In this document: positions 1 through 11,084 of the stretch, piece by piece | Layout of the letters: each line of letters starts with the position of its first letter | Position numbering within the stretch: position 1 is the stretch's first letter | NCBI GenBank assembly: GCA_002269645.1 | Contig: NIVC01001283.1 | Coordinates: 1-64,000 of the forward strand | DNA from: Macrostomum lignano | Lineage: Eukaryota | DNA: 64,000 nucleotides | Direction of reading: 5' to 3' | Made by a program: the position numbers and the translations under genes | The notes under the pieces: model-generated | What the model was told of the DNA's origin: nothing | Database searches by the model: none | What the model saw: the letters and a program-made list of their open reading frames with translations, nothing else

Positions 1-1336
1 GTCCAACGGCCCTTTTCGGACCACCTTAAACTGACAACGTCACAAACAAATACGCATATAGCTCGTACTTTTGTTAATCTCTGGCTCACTAGATCGGGGT
101 GGATAATTTTCAATGTCCGTGGGTGAAGCAGTAATTTTGGTGAGGCCGGGGTGAGCCTTAGCCATAAGTGGCAAGATCCCTAGGATCCCCGAATTCCTGG
201 AGTGTCTCACTGGCAAGGCACACTATTTCTGGGGCTCAAGCTGCTGCAACCGTCAAAAACAGCAAGAGGCCTGATCAGGTGGTCGTTTGCCAGCTCCTTC
301 ACGGGTTAAGTTCACCTAGCGCAATAATGGCAGCTCAAAGCAGCACAGAGAGCGCGGTACTCTTCCTTAAATACGGGCAGCTCACCAGCGATACAAAATC
401 GTCGGCAAGAAGTCTCAGGCCGCACCACAACCCTCCGAGCCGAGTACGCCTTCGGTGACAATCTCATCAGAGACCTTGTTTACGTCAGAATCGAATCATA
501 CTATAGCTTATCAAATCTTATCTGGAATTGTGTTCGACTTTGTTACTCATTCTCTTGTACCGTACCTGTGACTATTGGATAAGTTTTGGTTGGACTCGCC
601 GGTGATAGGCAAATAGGAATCAACCGTTTTAAAACATCCGAATCGCTCCAGTATTTGTCTTGGGCGTGACTATTTGGCCGTATATACATGTATATTACAC
701 CGTGGAACTGGATTGTGCGAAAGTTTCAAAAAAGGACGCTTGAGCTTTTTACAATGTTAATGCTCTCACACTCTTACTGCTCATAAATCACAGCCATCCT
801 CGATTCCAATAAACAGAAAAGTAGCATTAATTAAGCTTTTTGAGCAATATTTTAAAGCTCCAACTTCCCGGCGATTCCTACTTGTATATGTGCTGCATAA
901 CAAAGTCTTCTTTAAATATTCAAGAAAGTTTTTCTCAAGTTTTTCGTTAAGATAATCAACACATGTTTAAAAAACAAACAATAGTTTAATTAAGTTGTTT
1001 TGAAATGTTTTTCACAATTTCAATTTTCTATTTTCAATGAAACGAGACTTTTAGAAAGCAGTTAATCTTTCAGAAAAAACAGGATTGATTGTGACTATGT
1101 TAGTGATTACACTGTGTGTTACATTTCCATTTCATAAAATAGTTGAATCTAATCAATTAAATTTATCTCGTGGTTGCTAGATTCCCTTTTACAGACTAAT
1201 CGGACTTAGAGAAAGTTTCTAATCACTATTTGATTGTTTTAAAACGTTTCTAGTGACTGTCTGGTATAATGTCGTATTCACAGCTGAGCCAGGATGTTAC
1301 TGAACGTTATTCAAATGTCTCCAATTTTTTTCGCAG

Positions 1337-1365
1337 TGGTCACATAGAAGACATTGACAAAATTG
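1337..1365 (+). CDS. ATP6V1H: Probable 29-nt upstream micro-exon of ATP6V1H (GHIEDIDKIG)
   Basis: ttttttcgcag|TGGTCAC...AAAATTG|gtaag; joins in frame to GT-ATG at 2644 giving [16 protein letters not shown], resembling the (N/V)DMI(A/N)ATS..LQ N-terminus of invertebrate subunit H as I recall it. Confidence 0.55.
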
Positions 1366-2643
1366 GTAAGCAGGAAAGCTAGAAGCTTTAAAGTATTGCT
1401 ATTTTCATCAATAAATTTAACAACAAATAAATATAGTCTAGACTCAACAAATATTTTTGCAATAATTAATTTTTGATAGTATTTGACTGGTTTATTTAGC
1501 AGTTAATTTGTCAATAATAAAATTTAAAATGATAATATAAATCCAAAGCTATGCTATAGCTATGGTTTATATTTTGTCAGTTGTTATTGTTATAGCAAAA
1601 AAAAGTATTGAAAGAATATAGTTATAAAAATCTATAAAAATGTTGTTTCAATGAATGTTTTTCATTGATATATTTTCAAAAATTTTTTTAATACATATGT
1701 TTGACAAACTAGTCATATGCATATCTTTAAAAGTTATTTCAAAAGTTCATAACTATTAGTATACTTCATCATTTATAGTATACTTATATTTTTTAAGCAG
1801 AAAATTTTCTCTGCTTTCACATATTGTGATTTTTTTCCTTTCATATATAATTTTATCTTTTTATTTATAGAAAAAAACAACACATTCATTTTTCATCTTA
1901 TCCATTTTTTGGCTTATAGTATAACCATTTTTGCTTATAGTATTGTTATTATAGTAACTTTATATAAAAATTCACAATGGTTATTTTTATAGTCAACACC
2001 TAAAATATATATATATATACTTGTGGTGTCAATCATAAGACTCTAAGAGACTATAAATATAGTAATAAGAGATATCAAAACTTGTTTTTAATGCATTGAT
2101 ACTAAGTTAACTTTCTTGTCATCAACCATAGCTTATAACTAAATGCTTAGTATAATGAAATTTTCCTAATAAATATAAAAAAGCCATTCAGCTTTTTTTA
2201 TTTAGTGACTATAAAAATAACAATTTTGATATTTATATAGTTTTGTTAAGTTAATCACTTCAGCTCAGATAGTATTCATTGTGTTAACCATAAAAATAGC
2301 AATTTCACTATTTACATGGTCACCGTAACAATAACAAAAATCTTATATTTTATTGGGATTTAATATTTTGTAAGATTTAGAAGCAGTTTTTTTCTTTAAG
2401 CTTAAAACAATCAGGGTCAAATAAAATAATTTTAGTATGCTAAAGTAGGCATATTTTAGGCATATTTTAAATGCCTTTAAACAAAGAACCTATTATGGTG
2501 TTATAATTGATATTTTTTGAATATTTATTATTAATATTACTAAAAATTATCTATCTGTAAATCAACTAATATATAAACAGTGGTTTGTATAGCAATTATA
2601 TTCAGCACTTTTTCTGCTCACTTCTATCCATTTTATTATACAG

Positions 2644-2725
2644 GTATGTATGCAGCCACTAGTCAGCTACAGCAAAGGGCCAATGAGGTTCGGGCTAACA
2701 GGGTGAATTGGCAATCATATTTGCA
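2644..2725 (+). CDS. ATP6V1H: ATP6V1H exon ([27 protein letters not shown])
   Basis: tatacag| acceptor, CA|gtaag donor; conserved VNWQSYLQ. Missed by the ORF track. Confidence 0.92.
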
Positions 2726-5700
2726 GTAAGTGAATTTCTATGACTTTGTTTTTTGTATGGTTTATTAATTCTCTTTTAACATATTGGGAGCAAGAAAGTT
2801 TTAATTATATAGGAGTAATTGCAATAGGGACTCATCTTATTAGTAGTTTAGTTGATATTTAGACATTTTTTTATTAATGAAAAAGACAATGAGATGTAGA
2901 TCTAAGGTAGAGAGAGATAAAGGGTAAATTAATCAGATTCAGTTAGATGAAGGGAGAGTCAATGAGATGCAGGGAGTGAATGAGATGCAGGGAGAGTCAA
3001 TGAGATGCAGGGAGAGTCAATGAGATGCAAGGAGAGTCAATGAGATGCAGGGAGAGTCAATGAGATTCAGGGAGAGTCAATGAGATGCAAGGAGAGTCAA
3101 TGAGATGCAGGGAGAGTCAATGAGATGCAAGGAGAGTCAATGAGATGCAGGGAGAGTCAATGAGATGCAGGGAGAGTCAATGAGATGCAGGGAGAGTCAA
3201 TGAGATGCAGGGAGAGTCAATGAGATGCAGGGAGAGTCAATGAGATGCAAGGAGAGTCAATGAGATGCAAGGAGAGTCAATGAGATGCAGGGAGAGTCAA
3301 TGAGATGCAAAGAGAGTCAATGAGATGCAAAGAGAGTCAATGAGATGCAGGGAGAGTCAATGAGATGCAGGGAGAGTCAATGAGATGCAAGGAGAGTCAA
3401 TGAGATGCAGGGAGAGTCAATGAGATGCAGGGAGAGTCAATGAGATGCAGGGAGAGTCAATGAGATGCAGGGAGAGTCAATGAGATGCAGGGAGTGAATG
3501 AGATGCAGGGAGAGTCAATGAGATGCAGGGAGAGTCAATGAGATGCAAGGAGAGTCAATGAGATGCAAGGAGAGTCAATGAGATGCAGGGAGAGTCAATG
3601 AGATGCAAGGAGAGTCAATGAGATGCAGGGAGAGTCAATGAGATGCAGGAGAGTCAATGAGATGCAAGGAGAGTCAATGAGATGCAGGGAGAGTCAATGA
3701 GATGCAGGAGAGTCAATGAGATGCAAGGAGAGTCAATGAGATGCAGGGAGAGTCAATGAGATGCAAGGAGAGTCAATGAGATGCAAGGAGAGTCAATGAG
3801 ATGCAAGGAGAGTCAATGAGATGCAAGGAGAGTCAATGAGATGCAGGGAGAGTCAATGAGATGCAGGGAGAGTCAATGAGATGCAAGGAGAGTCAATGAG
3901 ATGCAGGGAGAGTCAATGAGATGCAGGGAGAGTCAATGAGATGCAGGGAGAGTCAATGAGATGCAGGGAGAGTCAATGAGATGCAAGGAGAGTCAATGAG
4001 ATGCAGGGAGAGTCAATGAGATGCAGGGAGAGTCAATGAGATGCAGGGAGAGTCAATGAGATGCAGGGAGAGTCAATGAGATGCAAGGAGAGTCAATGAG
4101 ATGCAGGGAGAGTCAATGAGATGCAGGGAGACACAGCCAGAGTAACTCAACCCCACATGCGCAGAGGCCAAATGATAGACCAGGCTGACTATGACTTCAT
4201 CGTGAAGCTGGAGTCCCGGGCCAGTCAACCGGAGCAGCGCAAGGCTCTGATAGACGAGAATTCCAGTCAGTTTGTTCGAACGATACTCGCCCTGCTGGCT
4301 AGAATCTCCAAGGAGCAGACTGTGCAGTACATCCTAACTCTGCTCGATGACCTGCTGCAGGAGGAAAAGCAACGCGTCGAGCTGTTCAAAGCTTATTCCC
4401 AGCGACGCAGAGAGAGCGTATGGGCGCCGTTCTTTGGTATGCTGCACAGGCAGGATGGCTTCATTGTCAATCAGGCATCGAGAATCATCGCCAAAATTGC
4501 CTGCTGGGTAACCAGCTGATGGAGCACACTGAGCTGCTGCATTACCTGTCCTGGCTCAGGGAGCAGCTGCGACTGCCTGTAGGATTTTTAATTGTCTTCT
4601 CCGATGCTGTGTCTTCCCTATGATCCCAGTGTCTTCCTTATGATCCCAGAGTCTTCCTTATGATCCCAGTGTCTTCCTTATGATCCCAGTGTCTTCCTTA
4701 TGATCCCAGAGTCTTCCTGGTGATCCCAGTGTCTTCCTTATGATCCCAGTGTCTTCCTTATGATCCCAGTGTCTTCCTTATGAACCCAGTGTCTTCCTTA
4801 TGATCCCAGTGTCTTCCTTATGATCCCAGAGTCTTCCTTATGATCCCAGTGTCTTCCTTATGATCCCAGTGTCTTCCTTATGATCCCAGTGTCTTCCTTA
4901 TGATCCCAGAGTCTTCCTGGTGATCCCAGTGTCTTCCTTATGATCCCAGTGTCTTCCTTATGATCCCAGTGTCTTCCTTATGAACCCAGTGTCTTCCTTA
5001 TGATCCCAGTGTCTTCCTTATGATCCCAGAGTCTTCTTATGATCCCAGTGTCTTCCTTATGATCCCAGTGTCTTCCTTATGATCCCAATGTTCCCTGTGA
5101 TCTCAGTGTCTTCCTTATGATCCCAGAGTCTTCCTTATGATCCCAGTGTCTTCCTTATGATCCCAGTGTCTTCTTATGATCCCAGTGTCTTCCTTATGAT
5201 CCCAGTGTCTTCCTTATGATCCCAGTGTCTTCCTTATGATCCCAGTGTCTTCCTTAAGATCAGTGTCTTCCTTATGATCCCAGTGTCTTCCTTATGATCC
5301 CAGAGTCTTCCCTATGATCCCAGTGTCTTCCTTATGATCCCAGTCTTCCCCACGATCCCGGTGTCTTCCCTATGATCCCAGTGTCTTCCCTATGATCCCA
5401 GTCTTCCCCACGATCCCGGTGTCTTCCCCATGATCCCAGAGTCTTCCCCGTGATCCCAGTGTCTTTCACACGAGCATCATGAAGCCCATATGCAATCCAT
5501 ATTATTCCAATGTCTCCCTGGCCTCACAGTGCTCTCTCTTGCTAACAACACCTTGCCGCTTTGAAATCCCCTCCGTAGTCGAACGAGTACATCCAAACAG
5601 TGGCCCGCTGCCTGCAAATGATGCTCAGAGTTGGGCCCTACAGACAGGCATTCTGCGACATTGACGGCATTGCCACCTTGGCCAGCGTTCTGTCAACTAA

Positions 5701-8700
5701 GGTCAACTATCAGATCCAGTACCAGCTGGTGTTCTGCCTGTGGTGCCTCAGCTTCGATGCTGATATTGTTATGCGAATGAAGAAGTGAGTTTTATTTATT
5801 CTGCAGTTTGCGGAAGAGTAGCGTTAGTTCTATTGGCGCTAAAGTCACGTATACGCTAAACTTGGCGCCACGATCTGTGTCTGCCAGTGGCACCGAATTT
5901 CGTGTGTGGATGGCGCCAAATTCAGTATGATAACGGCGCCAAATTTAGTATGTTGATGGCACCAGATTCAGTATGATAACGGCGCCAAATTCAGTATGTT
6001 GATGGCGCCAAATTCAGTATGATAACGGCGCCAAATTTAGTATGTTGATGGCACCAGATTCAGTATGATAATAACGGCGCCAAATTCGTTATGTTGACGG
6101 CGCCAAATTCAGTATGATAACGGCGCCAAATTCAGTATGTTGATGGCGCCAAATTCAGTATTTTGATTGCGCCAAATTCGATATGTCAGTGGCGCCAAAT
6201 TCAGTGTTTTGATTGCGCCAAATTCGATATGTCAGTGGCGCCAAATTCAGTATTTTGATTGAGCCAAATTCGATATGTCAGTGGCGCCAAATTCAGTATT
6301 TTGATTGCGCCAAATTCGATGTCAGTGGCGCCAAATTCAGTATGTTGATGGCGCCAAATTCAGTATGTTGATGGCGCCAAATTCAGTATGTTGATGGCGC
6401 CAAATTCGGTATGATAATTTTTACATTGATAAGACGATAATTCGTCTATATCAACGTTTCCAGTATATTTTAGTTAAAATATAAACAAAATGAATAAATA
6501 TTCCTGCCGCCTACTGTTAGTAGCTGATAGCTCTCGTATATCAAGAGTAGCCGCTCTCTCTCCCGCGCAGGTACAATCTGATCCCAATCTGCGCGGACGT
6601 TCTGTGCGAATCCGAGAAAGAGAAAGTTAATCGCATTGTGTGCGCCTTCTTTCGGCACCTGCTTGAGAAGCCAACTGACTCAATGATGGTTAGGGAGAGC
6701 GCGCCCATGGTGCACTGCAAAGTGCTTAAACAGGTGCGAATGAGTATGATTTATTGCTTATCAACTGGGTGCTGGCATGTCAATTTTTTGCTAGAAAGTT
6801 ACCCTCCATCCTGTAAGCTGTCAGTTCAGACTGTCACCCTCCATCCTGTAAGCTGTCAGTTCAGACTGTCACCCTCCATCCTGTAAGCTGTCAGTTCAGA
6901 CTGTCACCCTCCATCCTGTCATCTGTCAGTTCAGACTGTCACCCTCCATCCTGTCATCTGTCAATTCAGACTGTCACCCTCCATCCTGTCATCTGTCAGT
7001 TCAGACTGTCACCCTCCATCCTGAAAGCTGTCAGTTCAGACTGTCACCCTCCATCCTGAAAGCTGTCAGTTCAGACTGTCACCCTCCATCCTGTAAGCTG
7101 TCAGTTCAGACTGTCACCCTCCATCCTGAAAGCTGTCAGTTCAGACTGTCACCCTCCATCCTGTAAGCTGTCAGTTCAGACTGTCACCCTCCATCCTATC
7201 CGCTGTCAGTTCAGGCTGTCACCCTCCATCCTATCAGCTGTCAGTTCAGGCTGTCACCCTCCATCCTATCAGCTGTCAGTTCAGGCTGTCACCCTCCATC
7301 CTGTAAGCTGTCAGTTCAGGCTGTCACCCTCCATCCTGTAAGCTGTCAGTTCAGGCTGTCACCCTCCATCCTGTAAGCTGTCAGTTCAGACTGTAACCCT
7401 GCTCCCTGCTCACTCACCCGCCTCCAGGTGGAGCTGCTTGTGCAGAAAAAATACGACGATCCTGAGCACGAAGACGATTTACAGTTCCTGTTCGAACGAC
7501 TGAGCACTTCAATCCAAGATCTGAGCTCATTCGACGAATACGCCAGCGAATTGAAGGCGGGCCGACTCGAGTGGAGTCCGGTGCACAAGTCCGAGCGCTT
7601 CTGGCACGAGAATGCCACCAAGCTTAACGAGCGAAACTATGAACTGCTGAAGATCCTGGTTCGCCTGTTGGAGACTAGCAAAGACTCGCTCGTGCTCTGC
7701 GTTGCCGCTCACGATGTTGGAGAGTATGTTCGGCATTATCCCAGGGGAAAGACGTGAGTTATTGTACGCTTATGCTTTAGACATCTCATGTTCCCATCTC
7801 AACATGAGAAATCCCACACTTCTAATCCCAAGATGAAAAATCTTAGACTTTAATCCCAACATGAGAAATCCCAAAATAAGAAATCCATACTCTAATCCCA
7901 ACACGAGAAATCCCAAACTCTAATCCCAACATGAGAAATCCCAAACTCTAATCCCAACATGAGAAATCCCACTCTAATCCCAACATGAGAAATCTCACAC
8001 TTCTAATCCCAACATGAGAAATCCCAAGCTCTAATCCCAACATGAGAAATCTCACACTTCTAATCCCAGCATGAGAAATCCCATACTCTAATCCAAACAT
8101 GAGAAATCCCAACTTCTAATCCCAACATGAAAACTTCCACATTCTAATCCCCACCTCGACATGAGAGATCTCACACATTTATCTCTCGCTAATTAAATGC
8201 GGTTTCACACAACTGCGCAGGGTTATTGAGCAGCTGGGCGCTAAAGAGCTGGTGATGAGGATGCTGACAAGCGACGATCCCAATGTTCGGTACAACGCTC
8301 TCATTGCTGTGCAGAAGATCATGGTGCACAACTGGTCTGTTTTGGCATCATTTTGTCCTTGCTTGGTATAATTATTTTCATTCTTTCAAGGCCGTTTATC
8401 TTGTAGGTGGAGCTGTTAGACTGTCACCCTCTTCTGACTTGCTGTAGATTAGACTGTCACCATACTCTGACCTGCTGTAGATTAGACTGTCACCCTCTTC
8501 TGACCTGCTGTAGATTAGACTGTCACCATACTCTGACCTGCTGTAGATTGGACTGTCACCCTCTTCTGACTTGCTGTAGATTAGACTGTCACCCTCTTCT
8601 GACCTGCTGTAGATTAGACTGTCACCCTCTTCTGACCTGCTGTAGATTAGACTGTCACCATACTCTGACCTGCTGTAGATTAGACTGTCACCATACTCTG

Positions 8701-9262
8701 ACCTGCTGTAGATTGGACTGTCACCCTCTTCTGACTTGCTGTAGGTTAGACTGTCACCCTCTTCCGACTTGCTGTAAGTTAGACTGTCACCCTCTTCTGA
8801 CCTGCTGTAGGTTAGACTGTCACCCTCTTCCGACTTGCTGTAGGTTAGACTGTCACCCTCTTCTGACCTGCTGTAGGTTAGACTGTCACCCTCTTCCGAC
8901 TTGCTGTAGGTTAGACTGTCACCCTCTTCCGACTTGCTGTAAGTTAGACTGTCACCCTCTTCTGACCTGCTGTAGGTTAGACTGTCACCCTCTTCCGACT
9001 TGCTGTAGGTTAGACTGTCACCCTCTTCTGACCTGCTGTAGGTTAGACTGTCACCCTCTTCCGACTTGCTGTAGGTTAGACTGTCACCCCACTCTGACCT
9101 GCTGTAGATTATAAATACAGAAACAGACGATCAACCTACATTTCATTTCACTACACGCGCAGGGAGTACCTTGGCAAGCAGATTGAGGACAAGGCCAAGG
9201 CTGAGACTGGCGGTGGCGGCAAATCGGGCGGATCGCAGAGCCAGCAGGCTGTGAAATCTTGA
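2646..9262 (+). CDS. ATP6V1H: V-type proton ATPase V1 subunit H, gene model join(2646-2725,4165-4578,5579-5784,6571-6733,7428-7753,8221-8334,9163-9262); 467 aa from Met 2646 if one G is restored at 4506-4508; N-terminus probably extends upstream
   Basis: Translated exons match known subunit H motifs throughout ([116 protein letters not shown]). All junctions are GT-AG and phase-consistent; summed length is 1404 nt only after a +1 correction. Confidence 0.95.
2952..4130. repeat. Intronic minisatellite, 20-nt unit GGGAGAGTCAATGAGATGCA, ~59 copies
   Basis: Direct tandem periodicity. Confidence 0.97.
4165..4578 (+). CDS. ATP6V1H: ATP6V1H exon (GQMIDQ...KIACW[G][23 protein letters not shown]) containing a -1 frameshift
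   Basis: gcgcag|A GGC CAA ATG acceptor, CCT|gtagga donor; homology switches from ORF 4121 frame to ORF 4420 frame at TGG GTA ACC. Confidence 0.92.
4609..5466. repeat. Intronic minisatellite, 20-nt unit TGATCCCAGTGTCTTCCTTA, ~42 copies, 200-nt higher-order repeat
   Basis: Tandem periodicity; variant units recur at 4711/4911 and 4781/4981. Confidence 0.97.
5579..5784 (+). CDS. ATP6V1H: ATP6V1H exon ([18 protein letters not shown]...[10 protein letters not shown])
   Basis: ctccgtag| acceptor, AA|gtgagt donor; conserved [11 protein letters not shown]. Confidence 0.95.
5862..6416. repeat. Intronic minisatellite, ~23-nt unit GGCGCCAAATTCAGTATGTTGAT
   Basis: Tandem periodicity. Confidence 0.95.
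6571..6733 (+). CDS. ATP6V1H: ATP6V1H exon ([23 protein letters not shown]...MVHCKVLKQ)
   Basis: cccgcgcag| acceptor, CAG|gtgcga donor; conserved KEKV.RI and CKVLKQ. Confidence 0.93.
6797..7400. repeat. Intronic minisatellite, 35-nt unit AGACTGTCACCCTCCATCCTGTAAGCTGTCAGTTC, ~17 copies
   Basis: ACCCT recurs at 6801, 6836, 6871. Confidence 0.97.
7428..7753 (+). CDS. ATP6V1H: ATP6V1H exon ([11 protein letters not shown]...YVRHYPRGK)
   Basis: cgcctccag| acceptor, AC|gtgagt donor; strongly conserved C-terminal domain motifs. Confidence 0.96.
7790..8165. repeat. Intronic minisatellite, ~28-31-nt unit AATCCCAACATGAGAAATCCCAAACTCT
   Basis: Degenerate tandem periodicity. Confidence 0.92.
8221..8334 (+). 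CDS. ATP6V1H: ATP6V1H exon ([12 protein letters not shown]...QKIMVHNW)
   Basis: ctgcgcag| acceptor, TG|gtctgt donor; conserved VRYNAL.AVQK.MVHNW. Missed by the ORF track. Confidence 0.93.
8416..9111. repeat. Intronic minisatellite, 33-nt unit AGACTGTCACCCTCTTCTGACCTGCTGTAGATT, ~21 copies
   Basis: CTGTCAC recurs at 8421 and 8454; related to the 6797-7400 array. Confidence 0.97.
9163..9262 (+). CDS. ATP6V1H: ATP6V1H terminal exon ([32 protein letters not shown])
   Basis: acgcgcag| acceptor completes W-EYLGKQ; TGA at 9260-9262. Confidence 0.93.
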
Positions 9263-9584
9263 GTTGGAAAGTCGCAGCCGCAGCTCATTTTAATTACAAT
9301 TGGATGACCTCAATAGTTATGCTGACGTAGTTCCACATTTGTCTAGTATTATAGATTCACTCTCTGTAGCTGCCGTTTTGGCTAGAAATTGATAAACCCG
9401 ATCTGGTAGTGTAGGCTTTCTTCTGTGTTGTTAGTCTTCATGCGCAATTGAAATCATATATTCAGCTGGGGATATTTGTCCCATTATATTATATTACGGT
9501 ACATGCTTGCGCTCGTTTTACTTTAAGTAGTTGTCCTAGTCTTTTTCCTGTTTTTGGCTTCTTTTCAGCTGTTTCCGGTCCGTC

Positions 9585-9741
9585 TCTGTCTGTCTGTCTG
9601 TCTTAGTGTCTGTTTGTCTGTCTGTCTGTCTGTCTTAGTGTCTGTCTGTTTGTCTGTCTGTCTGCCTGCCTGTTTGTCTGTTTTTCTGTCTGTCTGTCCG
9701 TCTGTTTTTCTGTCTGTCTGTCTGCCTGTTTGTCTGTCTGC

Positions 9742-9772
<31 letters not shown>

Positions 9773-9794
9773 CCTGTTTGTCTGTCTGCCTGTT

Positions 9795-9826
<32 letters not shown>

Positions 9827-9829
9827 ATA

Positions 9830-9868
<39 letters not shown>

Positions 9869-9918
9869 TAGTGTCTGTCTGTCTGTCTGTCTGTCTTAGT
9901 GTCTGTCTGTCTGTCTGC
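9585..9918. repeat. (TCTG)n microsatellite downstream of the ATP6V1H stop
   Basis: Direct. Confidence 0.97.
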
Positions 9919-10070
9919 AGACATGCAACTCTTTAAGTTATCTCCAAATCCCATTTCTGTTTATTTTTGACAAACTACTAGCAGAAAAAAAATGATTTTA
10001 CTTTTCCTCGTTGATATTTTATTTTATTCCACAGCAAATTTTCTTGCTTCGAGTTGGCTTTTTATGCAGA

Positions 10071-10076
10071 AATAAA
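10071..10076 (+). terminator. Candidate polyadenylation signal AATAAA of ATP6V1H (second candidate 10439-10444)
   Basis: First canonical AATAAA I found after the stop codon; motif only. Confidence 0.35.
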
Positions 10077-10480
10077 TCATATTTTCAATGATATTCCATT
10101 TTTTGTTGTCCTTGACTAGCACACCGTTTTCTCCATTCTCAAATACTTCAATGACTTTTTAAATTGTCGTGCGAGTCTTGGAGACAGACCACAGTTTTTA
10201 ATTAACTCACAGAGCCTCAGTTTTCTCATTAGAACTTTTTAAGCTTTGCACTCATTTTAGTTCCTACTTTATGCTTTTGACGTTGTGTGTACATTGATTG
10301 ATAGCCTACTGTTGTAACTATTGATAATTACATGACTATTCTCTAATTTGTTCCTTTATTAATTAATTGCATTCACATAAAAATTGCATAATATTTTACA
10401 GTAAATGGGTTCCAATTCTAACTCTAGTTTTATTGTAGAATAAAATATATTTGCCTTATCCATTATCTTATCGTAAGAAA

Positions 10481-11025
10481 TTGAGTGAGTCACGGGAATT
10501 AAGCATCACAGCTTGAGTGAGTCACGGGGATTAAACATCACATCTTAAGTGAGTCACGGGGATTAAGCATCAAAGGTTGAGTGAGTCACGGGGATTAAGC
10601 ATCACAGGTTGAGTGAGTCACGGGGATTAAGCATCAAAGGTTGAGTGAGTCACGGGGATTAAACATCAAAGGTTGAGTGAGTCACGGGGGTTAAGCATCA
10701 AAGGTTGAGTGAGTCACGGGGGTTAAGCATCAAAGGTTGGGTGAGTTACGGGGATTAAGCATCAAAGGTTGAGTGAGTCACGGGGGTTAAGCATCAAAGG
10801 TTGAGTGAGTCACGGGGATTAAGCATCAAAGCTTGAGTGAGTCACGGGGATTAAGCATCACAACTTCAGTGAGTCACGTGGATTAAACATCAGAGGTTGA
10901 GTGAGTCACGGGGATTAAGCATCAAAACTTGAGTGAGTCACGGGGATTAAGCATCACAGGTTGAGTGAGTCACGGGAATCAAGCATCACAGCTTGAGTGA
11001 GTCACGGCGATTAAACATCAGAGGT
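10481..11025. repeat. Intergenic minisatellite, 32-nt unit TTGAGTGAGTCACGGGGATTAAGCATCAAAGG, ~17 copies
   Basis: TTGAG recurs at 10481 and 10513. Confidence 0.97.
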
Positions 11026-11084
11026 TTAGTTCGTCTATCAAACTACGTGGCTATCAATCACTTCTCAACCTTGCTGGCAATTTG

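Noticed and set aside
168-458. 96-aa ORF and other short frames on both strands in 1-480
   Set aside because: No recognisable domain, all frames hit stops quickly, and no convincing splice continuation.
4121-4164. ORF-track start MQGDT... for ATP6V1H
   Set aside because: ATG lies in the last minisatellite unit; the real exon starts at the acceptor at 4165.
8407-9114. 235-aa Cys-rich ORF as a stand-alone gene
   Set aside because: It is the 33-nt array read in frame, with a GTG start and no promoter; kept only as a speculative alternative exon.
10481-11025. 32-nt repeats resembling a CRISPR array (also 63012-63779)
   Set aside because: Repeats are head-to-tail with no unique spacers, no cas genes, and the context is eukaryotic.
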